Positions 1-9,066 of a stretch of DNA of 64,000 nucleotides are shown in pieces. The notes beneath the pieces were generated by a model. It was given only the letters and a program-made list of their open reading frames with translations. It did not search any database and had not been told where the DNA came from. Origin of the DNA: an uncultured Candidatus Saccharibacteria bacterium (GTDB lineage: Bacteria > Patescibacteriota > Doudnabacteria > UBA920); the NCBI GenBank assembly GCA_964532425.1, contig CAZHIA010000008.1, forward strand, positions 13,224 through 77,223, in the 5' to 3' direction. Made by a program: the position numbers and the translations under genes. How positions within the stretch are numbered: the stretch's first letter is position 1; every line of letters starts with the position of its first letter.

Positions 1-1
1 A

Positions 2-205
2 CCCACAATTACCAATCCGGCTGCTACAACCAGTACAGCTCAGACTACGAGCAGTTCCCCAGTGCTTACCCAGAAATACAGTGTTAACCCTACTACCGGG
101 TTCTGCGATTGGGGTTCAGCTCCCCGTCTGAACTGTCCGGCAGGCCAGAGAGCTTTTGAAGATCCTAATAAGTGTACTCAGACGTGTACGGACCTCGGAT
201 TCTAG
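2..205 (+). CDS. 3' end of a Thr/Ser-rich protein with a 4-Cys C-terminus (partial); possibly another member of the secreted repeat family
   Basis: Frame 2 is open from the window edge: PTITNPAATTSTAQ...FCDWGSAPRLNCPAGQRAFEDPNKCTQTCTDLGF*; a terminator follows. Confidence 0.7.
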   Translation, partial: PTITNPAATTSTAQTTSSSPVLTQKYSVNPTTGFCDWGSAPRLNCPAGQRAFEDPNKCTQTCTDLGF

Positions 206-213
206 TATCAATC

Positions 214-244
214 AAAAATCCCCGCCTATAAGGCGGGGATTTTA
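214..244 (+). terminator. Intrinsic terminator
   Basis: AAAATCCCCGCCT-ATA-AGGCGGGGATTTT hairpin with T tail. Confidence 0.8.
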
Positions 245-377
245 TGTTTTTCTTCATTCATGGTATAATATTTAAAAGTTCCAATACGTAAGCCTGTTTT
301 TCTCGAAACAAATATTCCATCTGGCCAGACCATTGGACATCCTTCCTTTGTCTTTCTTTACTTAATACAAACTTAAA

Positions 378-398
378 TCCCGTCCCCACGGGAAGAAA
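378..398 (+). promoter_or_regulatory. Conserved leader hairpin + AGAAA (copy 1)
   Basis: TCCCGT-CCCC-ACGGGA-AGAAA; stem ends 23 nt before the ATG at 417. Confidence 0.6.
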
Positions 399-416
399 TC
401 AACATTGAAGCACTCT

Positions 417-3137
417 ATGTTCAAAAAACGCTTCTCAATGGCAGCCGTGCTCTGTCTGGCCCTTGCGGCCCTGCTGCCATCTTCGAGTTCGGCTTTAACT
501 TTAGCCGAACTGACCGGTACGGTAGCGAATTCCTCCTACACCCCGGTCACCATCACCTCAGCAACGAATAAGACCATAACCATTACGGCCACCCCGCTGT
601 CTTTTGCCAGCAACCAGTGGATGTACCAGGTCTCATGGAACCGGACCAAGAATGCCAAAGGATCTTTGTACGTCTCCTTAAAGTCCAACAACGGCACGAA
701 AGTTGCTGCGGTAGCTACCGCAGATCAGGCAGGATCGACTACCTTTACCGCTCTGCCTTCTACTGCTTACCGGGTCGAATTCTACTCCCAGCCAAATGGC
801 AAGGGCAGCCTGCTTGTCCGCAAGTACTTTACGGCACTGGCGGCAGATAAAGCGGTGGTGGGGAATTATAACCCTGCAAATTACAGCTCATTATATTCCG
901 GATTAACCGGAGTGGTTACGTCGGGTGGTAATCCTGCCACAGCTACTCCCGGAGCCACCAGCGGGTATACCCCGTCAGCCCAATTGATCCTCAGCCTTGC
1001 GTTGCCGGGCCAAGACCAGGCTATAAATAGTTCCAGTGGGTTAGATACTCCCGTAGAGGCCATTAGTACCAAAGTCGGCGGTCCTATTCCCATGAACAGC
1101 TCAGGCTTGGTTGTGGTTCGTCTGGCTTACCAGGGCAACGACGGCAAGTGCTATATGGCTAACCGCGACGGCACGTTCCTATTGCCGACTACGAACTGCA
1201 GTACTCTACCGAAATTACCGAATTCCAATTCAACTGTCTCTTTGTACGATATACCGTCCGTAGCGACTCCGTCTTTTAACTGGAATGCAGGCGGCGGCCA
1301 GTGCGCCTTCTGGGACAAGGATCAGCTGACAAAACAGCCATTCCTCAATCAGGCTATCTGTGGCACCATGGCCGGCCAGCCTATGCCGCCGACGAACTTC
1401 TGTGCCACGTACCCGAACGACTCCACGTGTGCCGGCGTCACTCAATCTGCACAAAAGATTCTTGATATGATCGCCGCAGTAGGACAAACCCAAAATATCG
1501 GCAGTACCGGAGGTTCTGATGCAGAAGTTGAAAGCATGAGCACCAGGGTTGGAGGTCCGATTCCCATGAACAACTCCGGATTAGTAGTTGTGCGTCTTGC
1601 GTATAAGGGCAATGACGGCAAATGCTACCTTTCCAACCGCGACGGTACATTCCTCCTGCCGACCACCAACTGCGGCAACCTGCCCACACTGCCAAATTCC
1701 AATAGCACCGTTTCTCCTTATGACATCAAGCCGGTAGCAACTTCTAATTTTAATTGGCTCGCAGGTTACGGTCAGTGTGCCTTCTGGGACAAGGACCGTA
1801 CAACCGGCGTGCCCTTCCTGAATCAGTCTATCTGCGGCACCATGGCCGGCCAGCCCATGCCAGTCATGAATTTCTGCGCAGCGCACCCTAATGATGAAAC
1901 ATGTAAAGGATATGTTCAATCCGCCCAAAACATTTTGAGTCTCGCTTTACCGGGCCAAGACCAGGCTATAAATAGTTCCAGTGGGTTAGATACTCCCGTA
2001 GAGGCCATTAGTACCAAAGTCGGCGGTCCTATTCCCATGAACAGCTCAGGCTTGGTTGTGGTTCGTCTGGCTTACCAGGGCAACGACGGCAAGTGCTATA
2101 TGGCTAACCGCGACGGCACGTTCCTATTGCCGACTACGAACTGCAGTACTCTACCGAAATTACCGAATTCCAATTCAACTGTCTCTTTGTACGATATACC
2201 GTCCGTAGCGACTCCGTCTTTTAACTGGAATGCAGGCGGCGGCCAGTGCGCCTTCTGGGACAAGGATCAGCTGACAAAACAGCCATTCCTCAATCAGGCT
2301 ATCTGTGGCACCATGGCCGGCCAGCCTATGCCGCCGACGAACTTCTGTGCCACGTACCCGAACGACTCCACGTGTGCCGGCGTCACTCAATCTGCACAAA
2401 AGATTCTTGATATGATCGCCGCAGTAGGACAAACCCAAAATATCGGCAGTACCGGAGGTTCTGATGCAGAAGTTGAAAGCATGAGCACCAGGGTTGGAGG
2501 TCCGATTCCCATGAACAACTCCGGATTAGTAGTTGTGCGTCTTGCGTATAAGGGCAATGACGGCAAATGCTACCTTTCCAACCGCGACGGTACATTCCTC
2601 CTGCCGACCACCAACTGCGGCAACCTGCCGAAGCTGCCGAACTCTAACTCAACCGTATCCTCAAGCGATATTCCCGCCATGGCCACCCCTTCATTCAATT
2701 GGATTGCCGGTTTTAGCCAATGTGCGTTTTGGGACAAAGACCAGATGACAAAAGAACCGTTCCTAAACCAGGCTATCTGTGGCACCATGGCCGGCCAGCC
2801 CATGCCGCCGACGAACTTCTGTACCGTGTATCCGAACGACCCAACCTGTAAGTTGCCAGCCGATGCTCCGTCCCAAGTGTATTATTCTGTCGGCCAAGTT
2901 ATCGACCCGAGACAGACATATGACTACGCAGGGCGTGCCATGTCCAAGAGTCAGTTCTGCGCAACGTATCCTTTCCAGAATTGTGGTGATTATTACGACA
3001 GCTGGTACCAGACTGGCGCTGCTCCGCAAACTTCCAGTCAGACCGCAACCGGCAAGGCGTGTTATGCGGCTTCGGATTGCTCGTCGGGCCAGGCCTGTTT
3101 CGGAGTATCTTACGGCAAGGCAGGAACCTGCCAATAG
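417..3137 (+). CDS. Secreted Cys-rich repeat protein, paralog 1 (signal peptide, FN3-like constant domain, 4 x ~157 aa modules, 4-Cys cap)
   Basis: Signal peptide MFKKRFSMAAVLCLALAALLPSSSSA; N-domain shared with 3872, 44892 and 60441; modules start near 981, 1452, 1926, 2397; ATG 417 chosen by alignment with paralogs. Confidence 0.85.
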   Translation: MFKKRFSMAAVLCLALAALLPSSSSALTLAELTGTVANSSYTPVTITSATNKTITITATPLSFASNQWMYQVSWNRTKNAKGSLYVSLKSNNGTKVAAVATADQAGSTTFTALPSTAYRVEFYSQPNGKGSLLVRKYFTALAADKAVVGNYNPANYSSLYSGLTGVVTSGGNPATATPGATSGYTPSAQLILSLALPGQDQAINSSSGLDTPVEAISTKVGGPIPMNSSGLVVVRLAYQGNDGKCYMANRDGTFLLPTTNCSTLPKLPNSNSTVSLYDIPSVATPSFNWNAGGGQCAFWDKDQLTKQPFLNQAICGTMAGQPMPPTNFCATYPNDSTCAGVTQSAQKILDMIAAVGQTQNIGSTGGSDAEVESMSTRVGGPIPMNNSGLVVVRLAYKGNDGKCYLSNRDGTFLLPTTNCGNLPTLPNSNSTVSPYDIKPVATSNFNWLAGYGQCAFWDKDRTTGVPFLNQSICGTMAGQPMPVMNFCAAHPNDETCKGYVQSAQNILSLALPGQDQAINSSSGLDTPVEAISTKVGGPIPMNSSGLVVVRLAYQGNDGKCYMANRDGTFLLPTTNCSTLPKLPNSNSTVSLYDIPSVATPSFNWNAGGGQCAFWDKDQLTKQPFLNQAICGTMAGQPMPPTNFCATYPNDSTCAGVTQSAQKILDMIAAVGQTQNIGSTGGSDAEVESMSTRVGGPIPMNNSGLVVVRLAYKGNDGKCYLSNRDGTFLLPTTNCGNLPKLPNSNSTVSSSDIPAMATPSFNWIAGFSQCAFWDKDQMTKEPFLNQAICGTMAGQPMPPTNFCTVYPNDPTCKLPADAPSQVYYSVGQVIDPRQTYDYAGRAMSKSQFCATYPFQNCGDYYDSWYQTGAAPQTSSQTATGKACYAASDCSSGQACFGVSYGKAGTCQ
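1005..2629 (+). repeat. Apparently exact 680 bp direct repeat (1005-1684 = 1950-2629, offset 945)
   Basis: Endpoints and translated sequence match; identical antisense ORFs at 1230-1493 and 2175-2438. Confidence 0.9.
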
Positions 3138-3173
3138 TCGATTGTCTGAAGTTGTTCTTTAGTAATCTACAAT

Positions 3174-3205
3174 ACAAGCCCCGTCCGAATGGATGGGGCT
3201 TGTTA
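3174..3205 (+). terminator. Intrinsic terminator
   Basis: ACAAGCCCCGTCC-GAAT-GGATGGGGCTTGT. Confidence 0.75.
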
Positions 3206-3257
3206 TTATTCGGTTAATCCAATGCTGGGTATTACTGTTTAGTGGTATAATAAATAC

Positions 3258-3803
3258 ATGCTTATCTATACTATATTTTTGTTTCTCATGCTGCTTTTGG
3301 CAATTGTAGTTTTGATTGTCATTACCAGCGCGTTTTTAGGTTTTTTACTCACCCGCGTGCCGTTCGTACCGACGGCTGCTAAGGACATTGAATTTGTAGT
3401 TGATGAATTAGGGATCTCAGGAAAAGATATCTTCTTTGACCTGGGTAGTGGAGACGGCAAGGTTGTTTTTTTAGTGCATGAACTCAGCGGCGCCAAATGC
3501 GTCGGATACGAACTTACCTGGTGGACCCATTTGCTGGCCAAGATCAAAGCAATGTTCAAAGGCGTGAGCCCGGATGTCCAGTTCAAGAATCAGAATTTTT
3601 TCAAACAGAGCTGGAGTGAAGCTGATTATGTGTATGGTTATCTCTATCCGCCTCTCATGGGCAGGGTAGAGGAGAAGTTCCTGAATGAATGTAAGCCGGG
3701 TAGTACGGCTGTTATTCGGGATTTTCCGCTGCCGAACTTAAAGCCAGTTGCAGTGTATAATCGGCCAAGGAACCATGAAATATATATTTATAAAAAACAG
3801 TAA
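3258..3803 (+). CDS. Class I SAM-dependent methyltransferase with N-terminal TM helix (DOT1-like small MTase)
   Basis: VPFVPT, FFDLGSGDG (motif I), GYEL, VYGYL; TGGTATAAT lies 6 nt before the ATG (leaderless). Confidence 0.85.
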   Translation: MLIYTIFLFLMLLLAIVVLIVITSAFLGFLLTRVPFVPTAAKDIEFVVDELGISGKDIFFDLGSGDGKVVFLVHELSGAKCVGYELTWWTHLLAKIKAMFKGVSPDVQFKNQNFFKQSWSEADYVYGYLYPPLMGRVEEKFLNECKPGSTAVIRDFPLPNLKPVAVYNRPRNHEIYIYKKQ

Positions 3804-3832
3804 GCAATCTTTTTATAATCCAAATTAAGCAC

Positions 3833-3852
3833 TCCTGTCCTGCAGGAAGAAA
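3833..3852 (+). promoter_or_regulatory. Conserved leader hairpin + AGAAA (copy 2)
   Basis: TCCTGT-CCT-GCAGGA-AGAAA; stem ends 24 nt before the ATG at 3872. Confidence 0.55.
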
Positions 3853-3871
3853 CCAAATCACAAATTACCCT

Positions 3872-6469
3872 ATGTTTAAAAAGCCCATCATGTTGGTAGT
3901 CGTACTTTGTTTGGCCTTGGCCAGTCTGGTTCCCGGCACAGGTTCGGCCCTGACGCTCTCCGAAATAACGGGGACGCAGGCCGTATCTTCCTACACCCCG
4001 GTCACCATCACCTCAGCAACGAATAAGACCATAACTATTACGGCTACGCCGCTGTCTTTTGCCAGCAACCAGTGGATGTACCAGGTCTCATGGAACCGGG
4101 CCAAGAACGCCAAAGGGTCTTTGTACGTCTCTCTCAAGTCCAACAACGGCACGAAAGTTGCTACGGTAGCTACCGCTGACCAGGCAGGATCGACCACCTT
4201 TACCGCTTTGCCCTCCACTGCTTACCGGGTCGAATTCTACTCCCAGCCGAATGGCAAGGGGAGTCTCCTAGTCCGCAAGTACTTTACGGCGCTGGCGGCG
4301 GAGAAGGCAAGTGTTATTGCTAATCAACAAAATCCGATCACTCAGACAATTCCGAATGGTACTGCTCTTACTAGTCAGCAGCTATTGAATCTCGTCAAAG
4401 TGGATGCTGGGTGCCAAAGCCCTTCCCATGGTTGCGGTTATGCGGGCCTGCTCGCATCGTATGCAGCAAAAGTCGGTGGACCAATTGATATGAGCAAGAA
4501 TACCATGGTCCTGCAGATAGCGTACCGGACAACCGATGGCTGTTATTATTGGGACCGCGATGGGAAGTGGCAGCTGTCAGCTGACCCGAAAACCTGTACC
4601 GATTTGCCCGTCTTAGCTGGAGGGGTTATTCCCGATCCGGCCAATCCTGATTTTAATTGGACTGCCGCCCATGCCATGTGTGGTTGGAAGGATCGCGATA
4701 AAACATCCGGTATTCCTTTTATCAATAACAGCATTTGTGGCGGCACGACGTACATGCAGCGCGGGTTCCAGTGTTTGGAACACCAGGGTGATCCGAATTG
4801 CACAGGGTATACTGCAACAATCCAGGACTATATAAACTTGGTAAAGATGGATTCTGGTTGCCAGAGCGTGACTGACAATTGCGGGTATGGGGACCGGCTT
4901 GCGGCGGTATCCCAAAAAGTCGGGGCAGGAATTAACGTTAGTGCCAAACAAACTTCAGTAGTACAGATCTTCTATCGCACAGCTGACGGTTGCTACTACG
5001 CCGATCGCAGCGGGACATGGAAGATGCCGCTTGCTGCTTCCCAATGTACCCAGCTTCCGCTTATTGCGGGCAGTATTCCGGATCCGAACAATCCGGACTT
5101 TAACTGGACCGCGGCGCATGCTGCTTGCGCGTGGCTTGATCAGGACCATTTAACCAAACAACCGTTCATGAATGCTTCCATATGCGGGGGAACGGTATAT
5201 ACTCAGCAAGGGTATAATTGTGTTGAACATCAAAATGATCCGAGCTGCACCGGGTATACACCAACCATCCAAGACTATATCAATTTGGTACAGCGCGATT
5301 CCGGCTGCCAGAGCGTAACGGATAATTGCGGGTATGGCGACCGTTTAGCTGCGGTGTCCCAGAAAGTGGGTGCAGGAATTAACGTTAATGCCAAACAAAC
5401 CTCGGTATTGCAAATTTTTTACCGAACCAATGACGGTTGTTACTATTGGGACCGATCTGGCCAATGGAAACTTCCCGTAAAGAGCTGCGGTGAATTGCCT
5501 TTGCTGGTGAACGGAAGCTTGCCCGACCCCGCGAATCCTGACTTTAACTGGAATGCGTCCCGCGCAACCTGCGGCTGGCTCGACCAGGACCATTTAACCA
5601 AGCAGCCATTCATGAACAACAGTGTGTGCGGCGGTACAGTATATATGCAAAAAGGTTTTAACTGCGTGGAGCATTCGACCGATCCGACTTGTTCCGGATA
5701 TGCCAAGACAGTACAGGATTATATCAATCTCGTGCAATGGGATTCCGGCTGCCAGAGCGTGACTGACAATTGCGGGTATGGGGACCGGCTTGCGGCGGTA
5801 TCCCAGAAAGTGGGTGCAGGCCTGAATGTGACAGCAAAACAAACATCGGTACTGCAAATCTTCTATCGCACTGCGGACGGTTGTTACTACGCCGACCGTA
5901 GCGGGACGTGGAAGATGCCGCTTGCTACTTCCCAATGTACCCAGCTTCCGCTGGTCACGGGTAACTTGCCTGATCCCAATAATCCTGACTTTAATTGGAA
6001 TGGCGCACATGCATCGTGCGGCTGGTTGGACCAGGACCATCTCACCAAGCAGCCATTCATGAACAATAGTGTATGTGGCGGTACTGTATACATGCAAAAT
6101 GGCTGGTGCTCAACCCATCCTTCTGACAGCAGCTGTCAAACCCCTTACCCGGTTCGCGGCATTATGGATGGCAAACCGGCGTACCCGTGGACAACGCCAT
6201 CTCAGACCAGCAGCGGATATATGACCATAGACCAATTCTGTAGTTACTACAGCAATCTAGCTACCTTCCCGTACACGTATAAGTACAATGAATGCGTGGC
6301 ATACTACACAAGCATCCAGCAAAATGCATCTTTCGATACGTCCTCGCAAAGCGGCGCACAAGCGACGACCGGCAGCGGGGTAGGAGCCCCCTGTCGCGTT
6401 TGGACCCAGTGTGCAGCCGGTTTATGGTGTTATGATGTTACCCCTGACCATAACGGGTATTGCAGATAA
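3872..6469 (+). CDS. Secreted Cys-rich repeat protein, paralog 2 (4 x ~149 aa modules)
   Basis: Same N-domain; D[AS]GCQS motif recurs at 4403, 4850, 5297, 5741; C-terminal CRVWTQCAAGLWCYDVTPDHNGYCR. Confidence 0.85.
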   Translation: MFKKPIMLVVVLCLALASLVPGTGSALTLSEITGTQAVSSYTPVTITSATNKTITITATPLSFASNQWMYQVSWNRAKNAKGSLYVSLKSNNGTKVATVATADQAGSTTFTALPSTAYRVEFYSQPNGKGSLLVRKYFTALAAEKASVIANQQNPITQTIPNGTALTSQQLLNLVKVDAGCQSPSHGCGYAGLLASYAAKVGGPIDMSKNTMVLQIAYRTTDGCYYWDRDGKWQLSADPKTCTDLPVLAGGVIPDPANPDFNWTAAHAMCGWKDRDKTSGIPFINNSICGGTTYMQRGFQCLEHQGDPNCTGYTATIQDYINLVKMDSGCQSVTDNCGYGDRLAAVSQKVGAGINVSAKQTSVVQIFYRTADGCYYADRSGTWKMPLAASQCTQLPLIAGSIPDPNNPDFNWTAAHAACAWLDQDHLTKQPFMNASICGGTVYTQQGYNCVEHQNDPSCTGYTPTIQDYINLVQRDSGCQSVTDNCGYGDRLAAVSQKVGAGINVNAKQTSVLQIFYRTNDGCYYWDRSGQWKLPVKSCGELPLLVNGSLPDPANPDFNWNASRATCGWLDQDHLTKQPFMNNSVCGGTVYMQKGFNCVEHSTDPTCSGYAKTVQDYINLVQWDSGCQSVTDNCGYGDRLAAVSQKVGAGLNVTAKQTSVLQIFYRTADGCYYADRSGTWKMPLATSQCTQLPLVTGNLPDPNNPDFNWNGAHASCGWLDQDHLTKQPFMNNSVCGGTVYMQNGWCSTHPSDSSCQTPYPVRGIMDGKPAYPWTTPSQTSSGYMTIDQFCSYYSNLATFPYTYKYNECVAYYTSIQQNASFDTSSQSGAQATTGSGVGAPCRVWTQCAAGLWCYDVTPDHNGYCR

Positions 6470-6493
6470 ACCCTGGAATATTCAATATCTTTT

Positions 6494-6520
6494 AAACCCC
6501 CTGGCAAGCCAGGGGGTTTT
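6494..6520 (+). terminator. Intrinsic terminator
   Basis: AAACCCCCTGGC-AA-GCCAGGGGGTTTT. Confidence 0.8.
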
Positions 6521-6696
6521 AAAATGCTTGCTCCAATCCATCGCAAATACGGGTGGAAATTTATTTTTTGTCTTTAGCACGAGGTTTCGTATTGTCTGTG
6601 GGCTGGCCGCCGTCCATTTAGTCAATGGTTTTATCAGTACTTGCAAAGTAAGGCGGGTGTCCGGTATCCGGCTTCCGCTGGCAAAAGGAATGGTAC

Positions 6697-8049
6697 ATGA
6701 AAAGCATATTGCATAGCATGGGAGGGATTGTACTCGTGTTCATTGTCGTGTTACTGCTGTCCGGACCGGCCGTTCAGGCAGCCGCACTCAATCATCAGAT
6801 AAGCCTGCCTGACGGCTATACGTGGTGTTCGGATAGCGATATTACAGGCCTGTTAGACCAAATTAATGCCTTGCGGGCCAAAAATAACTTGCCAGCGCTG
6901 GTGATGGACCAGGTTGGTATGAAAGACGCCGAATTGCGGGCGGTACAGGCGGCCGAGTATTTGCAAAGCCATGCTCCGGGTTCACCCGGCTTCTTCCCGC
7001 ACGAAGGCTATGATACTACAGCCTCATCGCTCGGGTATAACCTCGTGAGCGAGAATATTGCTCTCTATTCGAACGATCCTTCAGCTATCGTAAACGGATT
7101 ATGGCAGGACAATTTGCATTTGGCTGCAATGCTGGATCGGCAGGCTAATGTCGCGGGTGTTTCCTGCGTAGTAAATGGCATTCCGTATTGGACGTTTGAA
7201 CCGGGAATTGGTTCTGCTGCTTCCGTTACCACCCCAACCCCAATCCAACCATCCGCTGCACCGGTCCCTGCGCCAGTGCTAAATCCGAACCCGATTACAA
7301 CTGCCACCGCCACTACTACAGCCAGCAGTGCTGTCACATCCGATGAATCAGATTTCCTGAGCTTGCTGAATACATACCGTACGCAGCAGGGGTTGGGAAC
7401 GGTTCAAATTTCACCGGTACTTCAGAGCGCTGCCAACTGGATGAGTAACGATATGGCCACGAGTAACAATATGGGCAGCCATATCGACACGTTAGGGCGC
7501 AACCCCTATAGCCGCCTGGCCGCGTTCGGTTACACCGGCTCTCCGTGGGGAGAGGTAATCGCCGGCGGGTATCAAAGCGCCCAAGATGTTCTCACGGGGT
7601 TCATTAATGCCTGCGATCCGGATGTAACCGGGGCATGCACGTATAATCACCGCAAAATGCTGCTTGGGGCAGGTTTTCAGACTGTAGGTATTTCTACTGT
7701 AAACGGGTATTGGGTAATAGATTTAGGGGGTGCACCGGACCAGTCAAGCGGTAGTCAGCAACCGCCAGCAACCAGTATGCCCAATCTGCCTGCAGGTACC
7801 ATACCAGCGGCACCCACGCCCACAACGGTAGGGGATCCTGTCCAGACAAGCCCGGCTCTACCGGGCGAACAAACGGACAATCGTGCTGCTCGCGGGCAAT
7901 CTGTCGACCCTTCTCCATTGCTGCCACCAGCACAATCAACGGCCTCCTCGACTGATGGTTTGTCACCAAATACTTACACAACCCCCAGGACGCAATCTTC
8001 TGGCAGGCACCGCAGGCATCGCATAGTATTCCATCCGGGCGCTCATTAA
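6697..8049 (+). CDS. Secreted protein with two CAP (SCP) domains and Pro/Thr linkers
   Basis: LDQINALRAKNNLPAL...SENIA...H and LLNTYRTQQGL...GEVIAGG...HRKMLL...VGI; signal peptide. Confidence 0.8.
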   Translation: MKSILHSMGGIVLVFIVVLLLSGPAVQAAALNHQISLPDGYTWCSDSDITGLLDQINALRAKNNLPALVMDQVGMKDAELRAVQAAEYLQSHAPGSPGFFPHEGYDTTASSLGYNLVSENIALYSNDPSAIVNGLWQDNLHLAAMLDRQANVAGVSCVVNGIPYWTFEPGIGSAASVTTPTPIQPSAAPVPAPVLNPNPITTATATTTASSAVTSDESDFLSLLNTYRTQQGLGTVQISPVLQSAANWMSNDMATSNNMGSHIDTLGRNPYSRLAAFGYTGSPWGEVIAGGYQSAQDVLTGFINACDPDVTGACTYNHRKMLLGAGFQTVGISTVNGYWVIDLGGAPDQSSGSQQPPATSMPNLPAGTIPAAPTPTTVGDPVQTSPALPGEQTDNRAARGQSVDPSPLLPPAQSTASSTDGLSPNTYTTPRTQSSGRHRRHRIVFHPGAH

Positions 8050-8197
8050 AAAGTAAATCCCCCATATTTGGGGGATTTATTATTGAGGGGTGTGGAAAAG
8101 TCAGTAATATGAAGGATTGTTTCTACAATATATTATTAAAAATATGCTTTATAATAAGGGATAAGCGATAAAATATGTAAACTTTGTAGAAATTTTC

Positions 8198-8226
8198 TTG
8201 ACAAATATTTACCGGTGGTTTACTCT
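8198..8226 (+). promoter_or_regulatory. Sigma70 promoter
   Basis: TTGACA-17 nt-TACTCT upstream of the GNAT gene; SD AAGGAGG. Confidence 0.65.
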
Positions 8227-8271
8227 GGATATAGGAGTGTGATTTTTCAGAAGGAGGAAGCATTCTAAGCA

Positions 8272-8727
8272 ATGGAGATCGGGTACCGGTATATATTGCC
8301 CGGGGAAGTAGAGGGAGGTAGCCTTACGAGCGAGATTAACCGCCTGCTGCGCCAGCTATCACCCAATTGTTGTCCACTGGATGCATCGCATCTGTCCCTG
8401 GCTACCAGTCATTCTCGCGTATTGACCGCGTGGAAAGGTCAACAACTGGTTGGCATGGCAACCCTGGTTCCTGTGTTCGCTCCGAGCGGATCCAGCGGGT
8501 TCATCCACGATGTGGTGACGGACGTGTCGGTACGCGGTTGGGGAGTTGGCCGCGAACTCATGAAACGCCTCGTCGAGGAAGCCGGACTCTTAGGTCTCAA
8601 GTTCGTAGAGCTCACTTGCCGCAGCGATCGCGTTGCGGCTAACCGTCTCTACCAGGACTCGGGATTCGTTGCGCGGGACACGAATGTGTACCGCAAAGCT
8701 ATTCTGCAAGGAGGAATAGTCATGTGA
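8272..8727 (+). CDS. GNAT family N-acetyltransferase
   Basis: IHDVVTDVSVRGWGVGRELM (acetyl-CoA motif A), ANRLYQDSGF. Confidence 0.9.
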   Translation: MEIGYRYILPGEVEGGSLTSEINRLLRQLSPNCCPLDASHLSLATSHSRVLTAWKGQQLVGMATLVPVFAPSGSSGFIHDVVTDVSVRGWGVGRELMKRLVEEAGLLGLKFVELTCRSDRVAANRLYQDSGFVARDTNVYRKAILQGGIVM

Positions 8728-8952
8728 ATAGGATTGATCGTAACGTTCTGTATCGCAAAGGAATATAATCTTTAGGCTCGCATCCTTTGTCTGCAGACCG
8801 CCATACATCCATTCACACCCAATATCAGGAGAGGAACACGCACGTCGTAAAAAGCTTTTCTTGCTTGCTTCATGCAAACAATATCAGCTTTTTACCCGAC
8901 TAACCCATAAATCTTCCGCCCCCGTCGTTCCTCTCCTCCTTTTCTTTTATAG

Positions 8953-9049
8953 ATACTGATATACGGATTTGTACTGACGATACGGATGAATGCGGATAGA
9001 ATGCATCAGTATTATCAGTATCATCCGTACCAATCAGTATATCGGTATC
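8953..9049. repeat. Degenerate ~9-10-mer repeat array in inverted arrangement
   Basis: (ATAC[TG]GAT)n followed by (ATC[AC]GTAT)n. Confidence 0.7.
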
Positions 9050-9066
9050 ATATTAATATTCGTAAC

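Noticed and set aside
417-6469. Diversity-generating retroelement TR/VR pair within the repeat proteins
   Set aside because: No reverse transcriptase in the window; differences between repeats are not adenine-specific, and all copies are in-frame coding modules.
8986-9066. TrmB N-terminal extension MNADRMHQYYQY...
   Set aside because: It is a translation of the intergenic repeat array.
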